In this document: piece by piece, positions 49,299-63,844 of the stretch
Position numbering within the stretch: the stretch's first letter is position 1
Layout of the letters: every line of letters begins with the position of its first letter
DNA from: Thermoanaerobaculia bacterium
GTDB lineage: Bacteria; Acidobacteriota; Thermoanaerobaculia; Multivoradales; Multivoraceae
Assembly: GCA_963666565.1 (NCBI GenBank)
Contig: OY762911.1
Coordinates: 2,176,001 to 2,240,000 of the forward strand
DNA length: 64,000 bases
Direction: 5' to 3'
Made by a program: the position numbers and the translations under genes
Notes under the pieces: model-generated
What the model saw: the letters and a program-made list of their open reading frames with translations, nothing else
Database searches by the model: none
Told to the model about the DNA's origin: nothing

Positions 49299-51197
49299 TC
49301 AGACCCCGAACCGGGAACCCAGGGCGGCCGCGGCGGCCGGGGCTTCTTCGGGCTCGGCGGAAGGCGCTTCGGGCGCCTGCGCCGCGGCCGCGCGCTCGCG
49401 GCGCTTGCGCTCGAACTCCTCCGGGGTCGGCCGGCGGATCATGTCGTCGAGGTCGGCGCCGGCGGGCACCATGGGGTAGACGATCTCTTCCTTTTCGACC
49501 ACGAACTCGATGAGCGTCGGCCCCGCGGTCGTCTCCCGCGCCGCCCTGACCGCGTCTTCGATCTCGCCCCGCTCGGTGACCCGGACCGCCGGGATGCCGT
49601 AGGCCTCGGCCAGCTTGCAGAAGTCCGGGTTGACCATCGGCGTGGCGTTGTAGCGCTCTTCGTAGAAGAACTCCTGCCACTGGCGGACCATGCCGAGGAA
49701 GCCGTTGTTGATGATGGCGATGTGGACGTTGACCCGCTCCTGGACGGCGGTGGCGAGTTCCATCAGCGTCATCTGGAAGCCGCCGTCGCCGACGATCGCC
49801 CACACTTCCTGGTCGGGACGGGCCATCTTGGCGCCGATCGCCGCCGGCACGCCGAAGCCCATCGTGCCCAGGCCGCCGCTCGTGATCAGGCTGTGCGGCC
49901 GTTCGTGGTGGTAGTACTGGGCCTCCCACATCTGGTGCTGGCCGACGTCGGTCACGGTGACGGCGCCGCCGCCCGTGAACTCGAACAGGTCGCGGATGAC
50001 CTGGGCGCCGAGCAGCTTGCCCTCGGGCACTGCCGGGTGCTGGGGCGCGTCGACCGGGCGGACGATCTCCCGCAGTTCGGACTCGGTGCGCCACTCGGCG
50101 ATGCGGTCGAACCAGGCCTGGTTCGGCCGGCGCTCGACCCGCTCAAGCAACTGCCCCAGGACCTCGCGGAGGTCGCCGACGATGCCGACGTCCACCGTGA
50201 CGTTCTTGTTGATCTCCGAGGGATCGATGTCGACGTGGATCTTGCGCGAGTTCCGGGCGTAGGTGGCCAGGTTGCCGGTCACCCGGTCGTCGAAGCGCAT
50301 GCCGAGGGCGATCAGCAGGTCGGCCTCCTGGATCGCGTGGTTCACCTCGGCGCCGCCGTGCATGCCCATCATGCCCAGGCACAGCGGGTGGCGCTCGGAC
50401 ATGGCGCCCTTGCCGAGCAGGGTCAGCGCGACCGGGATCCGGGCCTTCTCCGCCAGTTGCGCGAGTTCCGCGTTGGCGCCGGCCATCGAGACGCCGTGGC
50501 CGGCCAGGACGATCGGCCGCTTCGAGTCCCGGATCAGTTCCAGGGCCGAGTCGACCTGGCGCGCCCGCGCGGCCCGCGGCGGACGATAGCCGGGGAGCTC
50601 GATCGGCTCGCTCGGGTAGACGAACCCGGCGCTCTCGATCTGGACGTCCTTCGGGATGTCGACCAGCACCGGCCCCGGCCGCCCGGTGCGGGCGATGTGG
50701 AACGCCTCGCGCATGACCTCCGGCAGTTCCTCGATCGACCTGACCAGGTAGTTGTGCTTGGTGATGGGCAGGGTGATGCCGGTGACGTCCGTTTCCTGGA
50801 AGGCGTCGCTGCCGATGGCGCCGGTCGGCACCTGGCCGGTGATGCAGACGATCGGCGAGGAATCCATCATCGCGGTGGCGATGCCGGTGACGAGGTTCGT
50901 CGCGCCGGGGCCGCTCGTCGCCATCGCCACGCCGACCTTGCCGGTGGCGCGGGCGTAGCCGTCGGCCATGTGCGACGCGCCCTGCTCGTGCCGGGTCAGT
51001 ACGTGGTGGAGTTGGGGGTACTTCGTCAGGGCGTCGTAGGTGGGCAGGATGGCTCCGCCGGGGTAGCCGAAGACGATGTCGACGCCCTCGCGCAGGAGGC
51101 ACTCGCAGACGATCTCGGCGCCGGTCAGCACGACGGCGTCCGTGCCGGCGCCCGCCTCTTCGCGTCTTCCGTCCGTTGCGGTCGTGTCGTCGCTCAT
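49299..51197 (-). CDS. ilvB: Acetolactate synthase large subunit
   Basis: 'FGYPGGAIL', 'TSGPGATN', 'GDGGFQMT', 'GMVRQWQ'. Confidence 0.96.
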   Translation of the reverse strand: MSDDTTATDGRREEAGAGTDAVVLTGAEIVCECLLREGVDIVFGYPGGAILPTYDALTKYPQLHHVLTRHEQGASHMADGYARATGKVGVAMATSGPGATNLVTGIATAMMDSSPIVCITGQVPTGAIGSDAFQETDVTGITLPITKHNYLVRSIEELPEVMREAFHIARTGRPGPVLVDIPKDVQIESAGFVYPSEPIELPGYRPPRAARARQVDSALELIRDSKRPIVLAGHGVSMAGANAELAQLAEKARIPVALTLLGKGAMSERHPLCLGMMGMHGGAEVNHAIQEADLLIALGMRFDDRVTGNLATYARNSRKIHVDIDPSEINKNVTVDVGIVGDLREVLGQLLERVERRPNQAWFDRIAEWRTESELREIVRPVDAPQHPAVPEGKLLGAQVIRDLFEFTGGGAVTVTDVGQHQMWEAQYYHHERPHSLITSGGLGTMGFGVPAAIGAKMARPDQEVWAIVGDGGFQMTLMELATAVQERVNVHIAIINNGFLGMVRQWQEFFYEERYNATPMVNPDFCKLAEAYGIPAVRVTERGEIEDAVRAARETTAGPTLIEFVVEKEEIVYPMVPAGADLDDMIRRPTPEEFERKRRERAAAAQAPEAPSAEPEEAPAAAAALGSRFGV

Positions 51198-51211
51198 CTC
51201 GGCCTCCTCGC

Positions 51212-52168
51212 TCAGCCGGCCAGTGGCGGCGCGGCCTCCCGCAGCCGGGGCACCGGCGTGAGCCAGTCGTGGCGGTCGGGGATCCGGCCCTCGACCAGTC
51301 CGAAGAACTCCTCCTGGAGGTGGTGCGTGATCTCGCCGCGCGTTCCGCCGCCGATCGGGATCCGGTCGACGGAGCGCACCGGCGTGACCTCGGCCGCGGT
51401 GCCGGTCATGAACAGCTCGTCGGCCAGGTACAACTCTTCGCGCGCGATCGGCTGGAAGTGCACTTCGTACTTCAGGTCGCGGGCGATCGTGACGACCGAG
51501 TCCCTCGTGATGCCGCCCAGGATCGAGTTGTAGAGCGGCGGCGTGTAGATCGCGCCGTCCCGGATCAGGAACAGGTTCTCGCCCGCGCCCTCGCAGACCA
51601 GCCCGCGCTCGTCGAGCATGATGCCCTCGGCGTAGCCGTGCTGGCGGGCCTCGATGGACACGAACTGGTTCGTCACGTACTGCCCGCTGATCTTGCCGAG
51701 CGGCACGGCCGTGTTCGAGTTGAAGCGGCGCCAGGAGCTGACCGCGGCGTCGACACCCTGCTCGATCGCCTCGTCGCCCAGGTAGCGGCCCCAGCGGACC
51801 GCGTAGATGGCGAGCCTGGCACTGCAGTCGGTCGGATTCAGGCCCATCTCCTCGTCGCCCCGGTAGATCAGCGGGCGGATGTAGCACGACTCCAGGCGAT
51901 TGCGCGCGACCGCCTCGATGCACAGCTCCTCGACCCGGTCCTCGGTGCAGCCGGGATCCATCCGCATGATCCGGCAACTGTCGAACAGGCGCCGGACGTG
52001 GGAGCCGAGGCGGAAGATCGCCGTCGTCTCGCCCGTGTCGTAGGCGCGGATGCCCTCGAAGACGGACGAACCGTAGTGCAGGCCGTGCGTGGTGAGATGG
52101 ACCGTCGCTTCGGCCCAGGGTTTCCACTGGCCGTCGATCCAGATCCACTCCGATCGTTCTATGGGCAT
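51212..52168 (-). CDS. ilvE: Branched-chain amino acid aminotransferase
   Basis: 'LHYGSSVFEGIRAY', 'EGAGENLF', 'TGTAAEVTP'. Confidence 0.95.
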   Translation of the reverse strand: MPIERSEWIWIDGQWKPWAEATVHLTTHGLHYGSSVFEGIRAYDTGETTAIFRLGSHVRRLFDSCRIMRMDPGCTEDRVEELCIEAVARNRLESCYIRPLIYRGDEEMGLNPTDCSARLAIYAVRWGRYLGDEAIEQGVDAAVSSWRRFNSNTAVPLGKISGQYVTNQFVSIEARQHGYAEGIMLDERGLVCEGAGENLFLIRDGAIYTPPLYNSILGGITRDSVVTIARDLKYEVHFQPIAREELYLADELFMTGTAAEVTPVRSVDRIPIGGGTRGEITHHLQEEFFGLVEGRIPDRHDWLTPVPRLREAAPPLAG

Positions 52169-52199
52169 GGCAATTGCTCCACTGGCGGTAGCGGCCGAA

Positions 52200-52230
52200 C
52201 AAAAAAGCCCCCAGGCGGCGCTGGGGGCTT
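52200..52230 (-). terminator. Attenuator terminator upstream of ilvE
   Basis: Minus strand AAGCCCCCAG-cgccgc-CTGGGGGCTT followed by a T tract. Confidence 0.8.
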
Positions 52231-52262
52231 GAAGTCGCTCGGTTTCCGGTCGGTGCGCCCGG

Positions 52263-52328
52263 TCAGCCCCCTGGGGTCGCAAGGACCAGGACCGGAACCG
52301 GCAGGGGAAGGGCGTCTGGACGAGTCAT
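52263..52328 (-). CDS. ilv-leu leader peptide MTRPDALPLPVPVLVLATPGG
   Basis: 4 Leu and 3 Val in 10 consecutive codons. Its 3' end GGGGGCT can pair with the terminator 5' arm. Confidence 0.75.
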   Translation of the reverse strand: MTRPDALPLPVPVLVLATPGG

Positions 52329-52375
52329 GATGCAGGGAGTTCGGTCGATCTACCGAACGGCAGGTCGTGGGCGGG

Positions 52376-52405
52376 AGCGTAGGAGAGGAGAGGAGCGGCT
52401 GTCAA
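52376..52405 (-). promoter_or_regulatory. Putative sigma70 promoter of the ilv-leu operon
   Basis: TTGACA-N18-TACGCT on the minus strand, upstream of the leader ORF. Confidence 0.55.
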
Positions 52406-52475
52406 GTCTCGCCCGCGCCGCCGGAACCGACACGGGCCGCCGAATCGGCGCTATAGTCGAACGTTTACGCGCGCG

Positions 52476-55433
52476 TTGCGGCGGCCTTCCGTGAAACTGT
52501 TCCCACGCCTCGAATTCCATCGCACCGGGATCGGTCTGCTGCCCGATCCCCACGACCCGGAACCGGGTTCGGCGGTCCACCTGGCCCAGGTGGCGGGGTC
52601 GAAGCGTCCGCTGACGTTCTGCAGTTGCTCGACGGGCCGGCGGAGCGGTTGCCGCCACCTCAGGCAACTGGAGGGCCAGATCCGGGAACTCCACCAGGCC
52701 GCCGGCGGCGCCTGGATCGACGCGTTCGCCCGCAGCGGCTGGTTCCGGCTGGCCCAGGCCCTGTTCGAGGAACGGCTGCCGGCGGCGTCCGACTGCCTGG
52801 TGCTCAAGGAGGGGGCGCGCGAGCCGATCCGCCTGTTCGCTCCCGATGGCACGGAAGTGCTTCGCTACCTGGAACAGGCGCCTTCCGCGGTCCGTCTCCT
52901 GGAGCGGATCGGGAAGCTCGCGGACGGCGTGTCGGCCGCCGACCGGTCGGGTCTGCTGGAGCGTCTCTCGACCTTCATGCGGACGCCGGAGGAGCAGCAC
53001 CTGAACAAGGCCGGGATGCAGACGAACCGGCAGTTCTTCGAGAGCAGCCTCTGGTTCCGCGTCGCGTACCACGCGCTCAGGGAGTACGGCGACATCAGGG
53101 GCCGGCTCGACGGCAGCGGGACGGCCGGCGCGTCGGTTCGGCTTCGGCCCTTCGTCGAACTCGGGAGCGGCACGGTGTTCCTGGCGGTCCGCGGGCGGGC
53201 GGACGGCCCGGACCTGTTCGAGATCGCCGTGCCGCGCCGCCGGGTCGGCGCGGCGCTCGAGTTTCTCGCCGACGCCGGGCAGGCGTCCATCGTGCCGCTG
53301 CCCGCGGCGGACCTCTTCTACGTCGGGCCGGACACGAAGATCCCGGCAGAGCGCAAGCTCGACGTCCTGCGCCTCGCCGCGGAGGGCGAGGAGATCCTCG
53401 ACGAGGAGGCGCGGAAGCGCTTCCGGTACGGCGATCTCGTCTTCGTGGAGGAGCTGGGAGCGCTCGTGCGGCGCTCGGACCGGGGGGAGAGCGGCTGGCG
53501 CGAGCCCCGGACGCTCGACCTCGAGGCGGCGCGCGTTCCGGCCCTCCGCACCGCGGCGCCGGTCCTGAAACCGGCGCCGGTCCTGACCGAGAATCCGCTG
53601 GCGAGCCTCGGCATCCTCACCGAGTTCGACTACATAGAGATCGAGCCGGACGAGGACGAATCGCTGTCCATCCGCTACGGCTTCGGCGACTCCGACGTGA
53701 GCCTCGAGGACCTGCTGGCGGCGAAGGGCGCCGGCCTGCCGTACCTCGAGACGGCGTCCGGCTGGATCGACCTGAACGCCCCGGCGCTCAGGAACCTCGG
53801 GTCGCTGCCGGCCCGGGCGAGGGCCCGGATGGAAGGCGCCGGCAACGGCGGTTCCGGGGGGCTGCGACTCTCCTCGGCCGAGCTGCTCCGGCTCCAGGCG
53901 TCGAGCACGGCGCCGATCCGCATCGAGGGCGAAGGCAGCAGGCACGACTTCCTGCGCCGCTTCCTGGACCTCCGCCCGGCCGATCCGATGGTAAGTCCGG
54001 GCGGACTGAAGAGCATCCTCCGTCCGTACCAGAAGCTCGGCGTCGAGTGGCTGAAGTTCCTGTACGAGAACGACCTGGCGGGTCTGCTGTGCGACGACAT
54101 GGGCCTCGGCAAGACCCACCAGGCGATGGCCCTGATGGTCATCCTGCGGGAGCAGTTGGGGGTCGACGAGCCGTTCCTCGTCGTCTGCCCGCGCACCGTC
54201 ATCAGCCACTGGCGCAACAAGCTCCGGGAGTACGCGCCGGGACTGCGCCCGGCGTACTACCACGGGCCGCAGCGCGACCTCGAGGAATCGCTCCGCGAGG
54301 GCGACACCGTCCTCACCTCGTACGGCGTGATGCGCAACGACGTCGAACGTTTCGGCGCGCGGCGCTGGGGCCTCATCGTGTTCGACGAGGTGCAGCAGAT
54401 CAAGAACCGGAGCACCCAGGGCTACCGGGCGGCCGTGGCGCTCAAGGCCCGGATGAAGCTGGGGCTGACCGGCACGCCGATCGAGAACTCGCTCACCGAG
54501 TTGAAGGGTCTGTTCGATCTCGTGCTGCCGGGCTACCTGGGCGGCGACGACACCTACCTCGACGTGCTCGGACCGAACGAGCTCGACGCGGACTCCTGGT
54601 ACGCGGCGAACCTGCGGCGCCTGACCGCTCCCTTCGTGCTGCGCCGGGTGAAGACCGCGGTGCTGGACGAACTGCCGGAGAAGATCGAGGACGTGCGGAC
54701 CTGCCGCCTGAGCGCCGAGCAGTTCGACCTGTACCGGCAGACGATCGAAACGAAGGGCGTCACGTTGATGAACGCCCTGCGGAGCGAGCGGGGCGCCCTT
54801 CCGTACATCCACATCTTCGCCCTGCTGAACATGCTGAAGCAGATCTGCGATCATCCCGCGCTGGCGGTGGGCGACCTCGACCGCTACGAGAACTACGAGT
54901 CCGGCAAATGGGACCTGTGCAAGGAACTGCTCGAAGAGAGCTTCGCCAGCGGCCAGAAGGTGGTCGTCTTCAGCCAGTACCTGGGCATGATCGGGATCCT
55001 GGAGCGCCACCTGGCGAAGCTCGGCGTCGAGTTCGTCACGCTGACGGGTTCGACCCGGCAGCGCGGGAAGGTCGTCGACCGCTTCAACAACGACGAGGAC
55101 TGCCGCGTCTTCCTGGGCAGCCTGAAGGCGGGCGGCACGGGCATCGACCTGGTGGGCGGTTCCGTCGTCATCCACTACGACCGCTGGTGGAACGCGGCTC
55201 GCGAGGACCAGGCGACCGACCGCCTGTACCGGATCGGCCAGAAGCGGGCGGTCCACGTCTTCAAGCTGATCACCGAGGAGACGCTCGAAGAGCGCATCGC
55301 CGCCATCATCGACCGCAAGCGCCGGCTCATGGAGAGCGTGGTGCAGGAGGACGACCCCCGGCTCAAGAAGATCTTCTCGCGGGAGGAGCTGATCGAGCTG
55401 CTGCAGGGGCCGGGCCTCGACGAGCCCCAATGA
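52476..55433 (+). CDS. SNF2-family helicase with an N-terminal SWIM-like Zn finger
   Basis: 'CSC....CRH', 'DDMGLGKT', 'DEVQ', 'TGTPIEN', 'WWNAA..QATDRLYRIGQ'. Confidence 0.9.
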   Translation: MRRPSVKLFPRLEFHRTGIGLLPDPHDPEPGSAVHLAQVAGSKRPLTFCSCSTGRRSGCRHLRQLEGQIRELHQAAGGAWIDAFARSGWFRLAQALFEERLPAASDCLVLKEGAREPIRLFAPDGTEVLRYLEQAPSAVRLLERIGKLADGVSAADRSGLLERLSTFMRTPEEQHLNKAGMQTNRQFFESSLWFRVAYHALREYGDIRGRLDGSGTAGASVRLRPFVELGSGTVFLAVRGRADGPDLFEIAVPRRRVGAALEFLADAGQASIVPLPAADLFYVGPDTKIPAERKLDVLRLAAEGEEILDEEARKRFRYGDLVFVEELGALVRRSDRGESGWREPRTLDLEAARVPALRTAAPVLKPAPVLTENPLASLGILTEFDYIEIEPDEDESLSIRYGFGDSDVSLEDLLAAKGAGLPYLETASGWIDLNAPALRNLGSLPARARARMEGAGNGGSGGLRLSSAELLRLQASSTAPIRIEGEGSRHDFLRRFLDLRPADPMVSPGGLKSILRPYQKLGVEWLKFLYENDLAGLLCDDMGLGKTHQAMALMVILREQLGVDEPFLVVCPRTVISHWRNKLREYAPGLRPAYYHGPQRDLEESLREGDTVLTSYGVMRNDVERFGARRWGLIVFDEVQQIKNRSTQGYRAAVALKARMKLGLTGTPIENSLTELKGLFDLVLPGYLGGDDTYLDVLGPNELDADSWYAANLRRLTAPFVLRRVKTAVLDELPEKIEDVRTCRLSAEQFDLYRQTIETKGVTLMNALRSERGALPYIHIFALLNMLKQICDHPALAVGDLDRYENYESGKWDLCKELLEESFASGQKVVVFSQYLGMIGILERHLAKLGVEFVTLTGSTRQRGKVVDRFNNDEDCRVFLGSLKAGGTGIDLVGGSVVIHYDRWWNAAREDQATDRLYRIGQKRAVHVFKLITEETLEERIAAIIDRKRRLMESVVQEDDPRLKKIFSREELIELLQGPGLDEPQ

Positions 55434-55504
55434 GCGGGGCGACGGCGAGTCCGGTCGATGGCGCCGAAGCCGGGGACCGGGGCCGGGAATAGGGTAGCGG
55501 GCCG

Positions 55505-57067
55505 ATGACCGCCAGGATCGATCTCTACGACACGACGCTGCGCGACGGCACCCAGCGGGAGAACGTCTCCCTGTCGCTGGCGGACAAGCTGGCGATCGCC
55601 CGGCGGCTGGACGCCTTCGGTATCCCTTACATCGAGTGCGGCTGGCCCGGCTCGAACCCGAAGGACGTCGACTTCTTCGAGGCCATCCGGGGCGTCGAAC
55701 TCGAACAGACGAAAATCTGCGCCTTCGGCAGCACGCGCCGCAAGAACGGCCCCTGCGCTCGCGACGGCAACATCCAGGCCCTCGTGGCCGCGGAGACGCC
55801 GGTCGTGACGATCTTCGGCAAGAGCTGGGACCTCCACGTCGAAAAGGTGCTCGAGACGGACATCGCCGAGAACGAGAACATGGTCCGGGACTCGGTCGGC
55901 TACCTCAAGGACCTCGGCCGCGAGGTGATCTACGACGCCGAGCACTTCTTCGACGGCTTCGCCGCGAATCCCGAGTGCGCCCTCGGCACGCTGCGCGCCG
56001 CGGCCGGCGCCGGCGCCGACTGCATCGTGCTGTGCGACACGAACGGCGGCGCCCTGCCCTGGCGGATCGAGGCCGGGGTCGAGGCCGTGCGGGCCGAACT
56101 CGGCGCCGATGCGCGGATCGGCATCCACACCCACGACGACGGCGGCTGCGGCGTGGCGAACTCGCTCGCCGCCGTGCGCGCCGGGGCGGTCATGGTCCAG
56201 GGCACGATCAACGGCTACGGCGAGCGGGTGGCGAACGCCAACCTGGTGACCATCCTGCCCGACCTCCAGTGCAAGATGGGTTTTGCTTGCGTTCCCGACG
56301 AGCGGCTCCGGGAACTGACGGCGCTGTCGCGCTACGTCGCCGAGGTGGCGAACATCGCCCACGACGACCACCTGCCCTACGTCGGCCGGAGCGCCTTCGC
56401 TCACAAGGGCGGCGTTCACGTGGCGGCGATGCTCAAGGATCCGGCCAGCTACCAGCACGTGGCGCCGGAACTCGTTGGGAACGAGATGCGCGCCGTGGTC
56501 TCCGAACTCTCGGGCCGCGGCAACATCGCCCACCTGGCGGCCGGCAGCGGGATCGGCGCGGACACGCCGCACGCGCGCGAGATCCTCTACAAGGTCAAGG
56601 ATCTGGAGAACCGCGGCTACAGCTTCGAGGCCGCGGAGGCCTCCGTCGAGTTGATGCTCCGCCGGGCCGAGCCGGGCTACGAGGCGCCCTTCCGGCTGCT
56701 CGACTTCCTGACCGTCGTGGAGCATCGCGACGGCCGCGGCGTGGTCACGGAAGCGACGGTCAAGGTCGAGCTGCGGGGCGGGGCCGTTGAGCACACGGTT
56801 TCCGAGGGCAACGGGCCGGTCAACGCCCTGGCCCACGCGCTGCGGAAGGCGCTGGCGCCGCACTACCCGGCGCTGAACGACATGCGGCTGGCCGACTACA
56901 AGGTGCGCATCCTGGACAGCGCCCAGGGCACGGCGGCCACGACGCGGGTGCTGGTGGACTTCACGGCCGGCGGCGACCGCTGGACCACGGTCGGCGCGGG
57001 CACGAACATCATCGAAGCGAGCTGGGAAGCGCTCTCCGACGCGATCGAGTACGGCCTGACGAAGTAG
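55505..57067 (+). CDS. cimA: Citramalate synthase
   Basis: 'YDTTLRDGTQ', 'GWPGSNPKD', 'FGKSW', 'YDAEHFFDG', 'FAHKGGVH'. Confidence 0.92.
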   Translation: MTARIDLYDTTLRDGTQRENVSLSLADKLAIARRLDAFGIPYIECGWPGSNPKDVDFFEAIRGVELEQTKICAFGSTRRKNGPCARDGNIQALVAAETPVVTIFGKSWDLHVEKVLETDIAENENMVRDSVGYLKDLGREVIYDAEHFFDGFAANPECALGTLRAAAGAGADCIVLCDTNGGALPWRIEAGVEAVRAELGADARIGIHTHDDGGCGVANSLAAVRAGAVMVQGTINGYGERVANANLVTILPDLQCKMGFACVPDERLRELTALSRYVAEVANIAHDDHLPYVGRSAFAHKGGVHVAAMLKDPASYQHVAPELVGNEMRAVVSELSGRGNIAHLAAGSGIGADTPHAREILYKVKDLENRGYSFEAAEASVELMLRRAEPGYEAPFRLLDFLTVVEHRDGRGVVTEATVKVELRGGAVEHTVSEGNGPVNALAHALRKALAPHYPALNDMRLADYKVRILDSAQGTAATTRVLVDFTAGGDRWTTVGAGTNIIEASWEALSDAIEYGLTK

Positions 57068-57084
57068 CGCCGTACCCGGCGGGA

Positions 57085-60080
<2,996 letters not shown>

Positions 60081-60084
<4 letters not shown>

Positions 60085-61037
60085 GAGGCGAGCGCCAGTC
60101 GAACGACGTAGCCGCCATAGGCCGCGAGCAGCAGCAGGCCCCAGGCACGTCCGATGCTGCGTCCATGCCGCAGCATGTAGACGGCGAGGAACATGAGCAA
60201 GCTGAAGGCGAGCATGACCGAGGCGTCCACGCCCTCGGCGCCGAACGTGGTCTCGAAGGGCCGGACGAGCACCGCCGCCGGCAGGACGAGCAGGATGTTG
60301 AACACGTTCGAGCCGATGATGTTCCCCAGCACGATGCCGTGGTGCTTGCGGTAGGCGGCGACCAGGCACGCCGCGAGTTCCGGCACGCTGGTCCCGAAGG
60401 CCACGACGGTGAGCCCGATGATCCGCTCGCTGACGCCGAGGTCGCGGGCGAGTTCCTCCGCGGCCGGCACCAGGAGTTGGGCCGCGCCGACGACGAGCAG
60501 AACGAGGCCGAGCAGCGTGCCCAGGGCCGACTTGAGTCCGTTGGCGTGCTGCGCCTCGGCTTCTTCGACCTCCCCGGCGCGGACCAGCACGAAGAGGAAG
60601 TACGCCATCAGCGCGAGCAGGACGGCGCCCTCGAACCGGGCGAAGCGGCCGAAGGCGGTGAAGGTCACGACGAGCAGGGAGGTGGCGAGCATGAAGGGCA
60701 GCTCGCGCCGCACCAGACGCACGGCCTGGCGGTCGGTGGCGTCGTCGTCGTTGAGCAGCGGCGCGACCAGCGCCGACACGCCCAGGATCAGGCCGACGTT
60801 GGCGATGTTCGAGCCGACCACGTTGCCGTAGACGAGCCCGGTGGAGTCGCGCAGCGCCGCGGCTATCGCCACGCCGAGCTCCGGCGCCGAGGTGCCGAAG
60901 GCGACGACGGTCAGGCCGATGACCGTCGGGCTGACCCGCAGAACCGCGGCCAGCCCGGTAACCGAGCGCACCAGGACCTCGCCGCCGGCCCAGAGCACGG
61001 CGATGCCGAGGAGGATCAGCAGCAGGGAGATCAGCAC
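60081..61037 (-). CDS. Calcium/sodium antiporter (YrbG family)
   Basis: Two alpha-repeats 'VAFGTS.PEL' and 'GN..GSN'. Confidence 0.92.
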
Positions 61038-61067
61038 GGTCCGGCTTCGGGTTCGCGGCGTCCGCGC

Positions 61068-62516
<1,449 letters not shown>

Positions 62517-62570
62517 TGCCCGCGCGGATCCGCGGGGCCGGGTTCAACCTATGCCCGCGGGCCGAAGTCG

Positions 62571-63518
62571 TCAATCGGCGGCGCTCACGAGGCGCGCCTC
62601 GACGGGCGCCGGGGGATAGAGGTTGGCGCGGTCGCCGGCGACGAAGGCGTAGACCCGGATTCCGGCCAAGTGGGCGATGTCGAGCGCCAGGCTGGACGGC
62701 GCGCCGACCGCGGCGATCGCGGGGACGCCGGCGACCGCGGCCTTCTGGACGATCTCGAAGCCGAGCCGGCCGCTGACGGCCAGGATCGTCGAGTCGAGGG
62801 GCAGCCGGCCGGCCCGGAGCGCCCGGCCGACGACCTTGTCGACCGCGTTGTGCCGGCCGATGTCCTCGTACAGCCAGAGCAGGTCGGCGTTCCGGTCCAC
62901 TACGTGGAACAGGGCGGCCGCGTGGACGCCGCCGGTGTCCTCGAAGAGGTCCTGCCGGACTCTCATCCTGGCCGGCAGACCGCTGACGACCCGGCGTTCG
63001 AGGTCCGGCGCGAGGTCGAGCGGAGGGATCGACGGCAGCCGCACCCACAGGTCTTCGAGCGAAGGCTTGCCGCAGACGCCGCAGGCGCTGGTGACCCGGA
63101 AGGCGCGCTCGCGCTCGCCGGCGTCCCGCCTGCGGCGCGCGCGCCGGCGGCCTTCGGCCGAGAGGCGAACGTCGACGGTGGCGCCGGGGACTGTGGCTTC
63201 CGGCGGCGCGGCGGTGGGGCTGTCGAGGCCGGGGAGGCCGCCGGGCGCCTGCCGGCCAGAGGGGAGTCCGGCCGACGGATCGGCGGGTTTCGCGACCCCG
63301 GCGACGTCCGCGGCGCCTTCGATCCAGCCCTCGGCGTAGAGGTAGCCGAGCGCCAGTTCGGCCTCGGCGCCGGGACTGCGCATCGTGACGACGATGGGCT
63401 CGCCGTCGACCCGGATCTCGAGCGGCTCTTCGACCGCCACCCGGTCGCGCCTCTCGCCGCCCTCGCCACGCTCGACGAGGACCTCCCGGGCTTCCGCGCC
63501 GGCGTCGCGCCTAGCCAC
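62571..63518 (-). CDS. fdhD: Formate dehydrogenase accessory sulfurtransferase
   Basis: 'VEEPLEI', 'SACGVCG', 'TGGVHAA', 'EDIGRHNAVDK'. Start inferred. Confidence 0.9.
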   Translation of the reverse strand: MARRDAGAEAREVLVERGEGGERRDRVAVEEPLEIRVDGEPIVVTMRSPGAEAELALGYLYAEGWIEGAADVAGVAKPADPSAGLPSGRQAPGGLPGLDSPTAAPPEATVPGATVDVRLSAEGRRRARRRRDAGERERAFRVTSACGVCGKPSLEDLWVRLPSIPPLDLAPDLERRVVSGLPARMRVRQDLFEDTGGVHAAALFHVVDRNADLLWLYEDIGRHNAVDKVVGRALRAGRLPLDSTILAVSGRLGFEIVQKAAVAGVPAIAAVGAPSSLALDIAHLAGIRVYAFVAGDRANLYPPAPVEARLVSAAD

Positions 63519-63567
63519 GGCGGTTCGCCCGGTTTCGGCCGGGGCGGCGGCCCGGAACGGGCCATCG

Positions 63568-63761
63568 GCTGGGTGCGCGGGTCTTCCGACCCGCTGCCGC
63601 CGGAGGCGGCCGGAAAGACGCGCCGGCCGAGAGGCCGGCTCCGCTCGGCCTGGCGCCTCGGCTCGCAGCGGTCGCCGGCCTTTGGCCGGCGGCCGTGTCG
63701 TCCGGGCCGCGCCGCTTCGCGGCGCCGCCCGCAGGCGGGTCGGAAGACCCGCGCACCCAGC
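63568..63761. repeat. REPIN/MITE-like element
   Basis: Inverted REP doublet. The interior is homologous to 43641-43833 in the opposite orientation. Confidence 0.85.
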
Positions 63762-63844
63762 GGAGCGCCGGCTTCGCTCCGGCGGCCCGTTCCATGCAAG
63801 CGTGCACCGCGAGCCTTGCGAACGGCATTCCGCGGCGCGAACTC

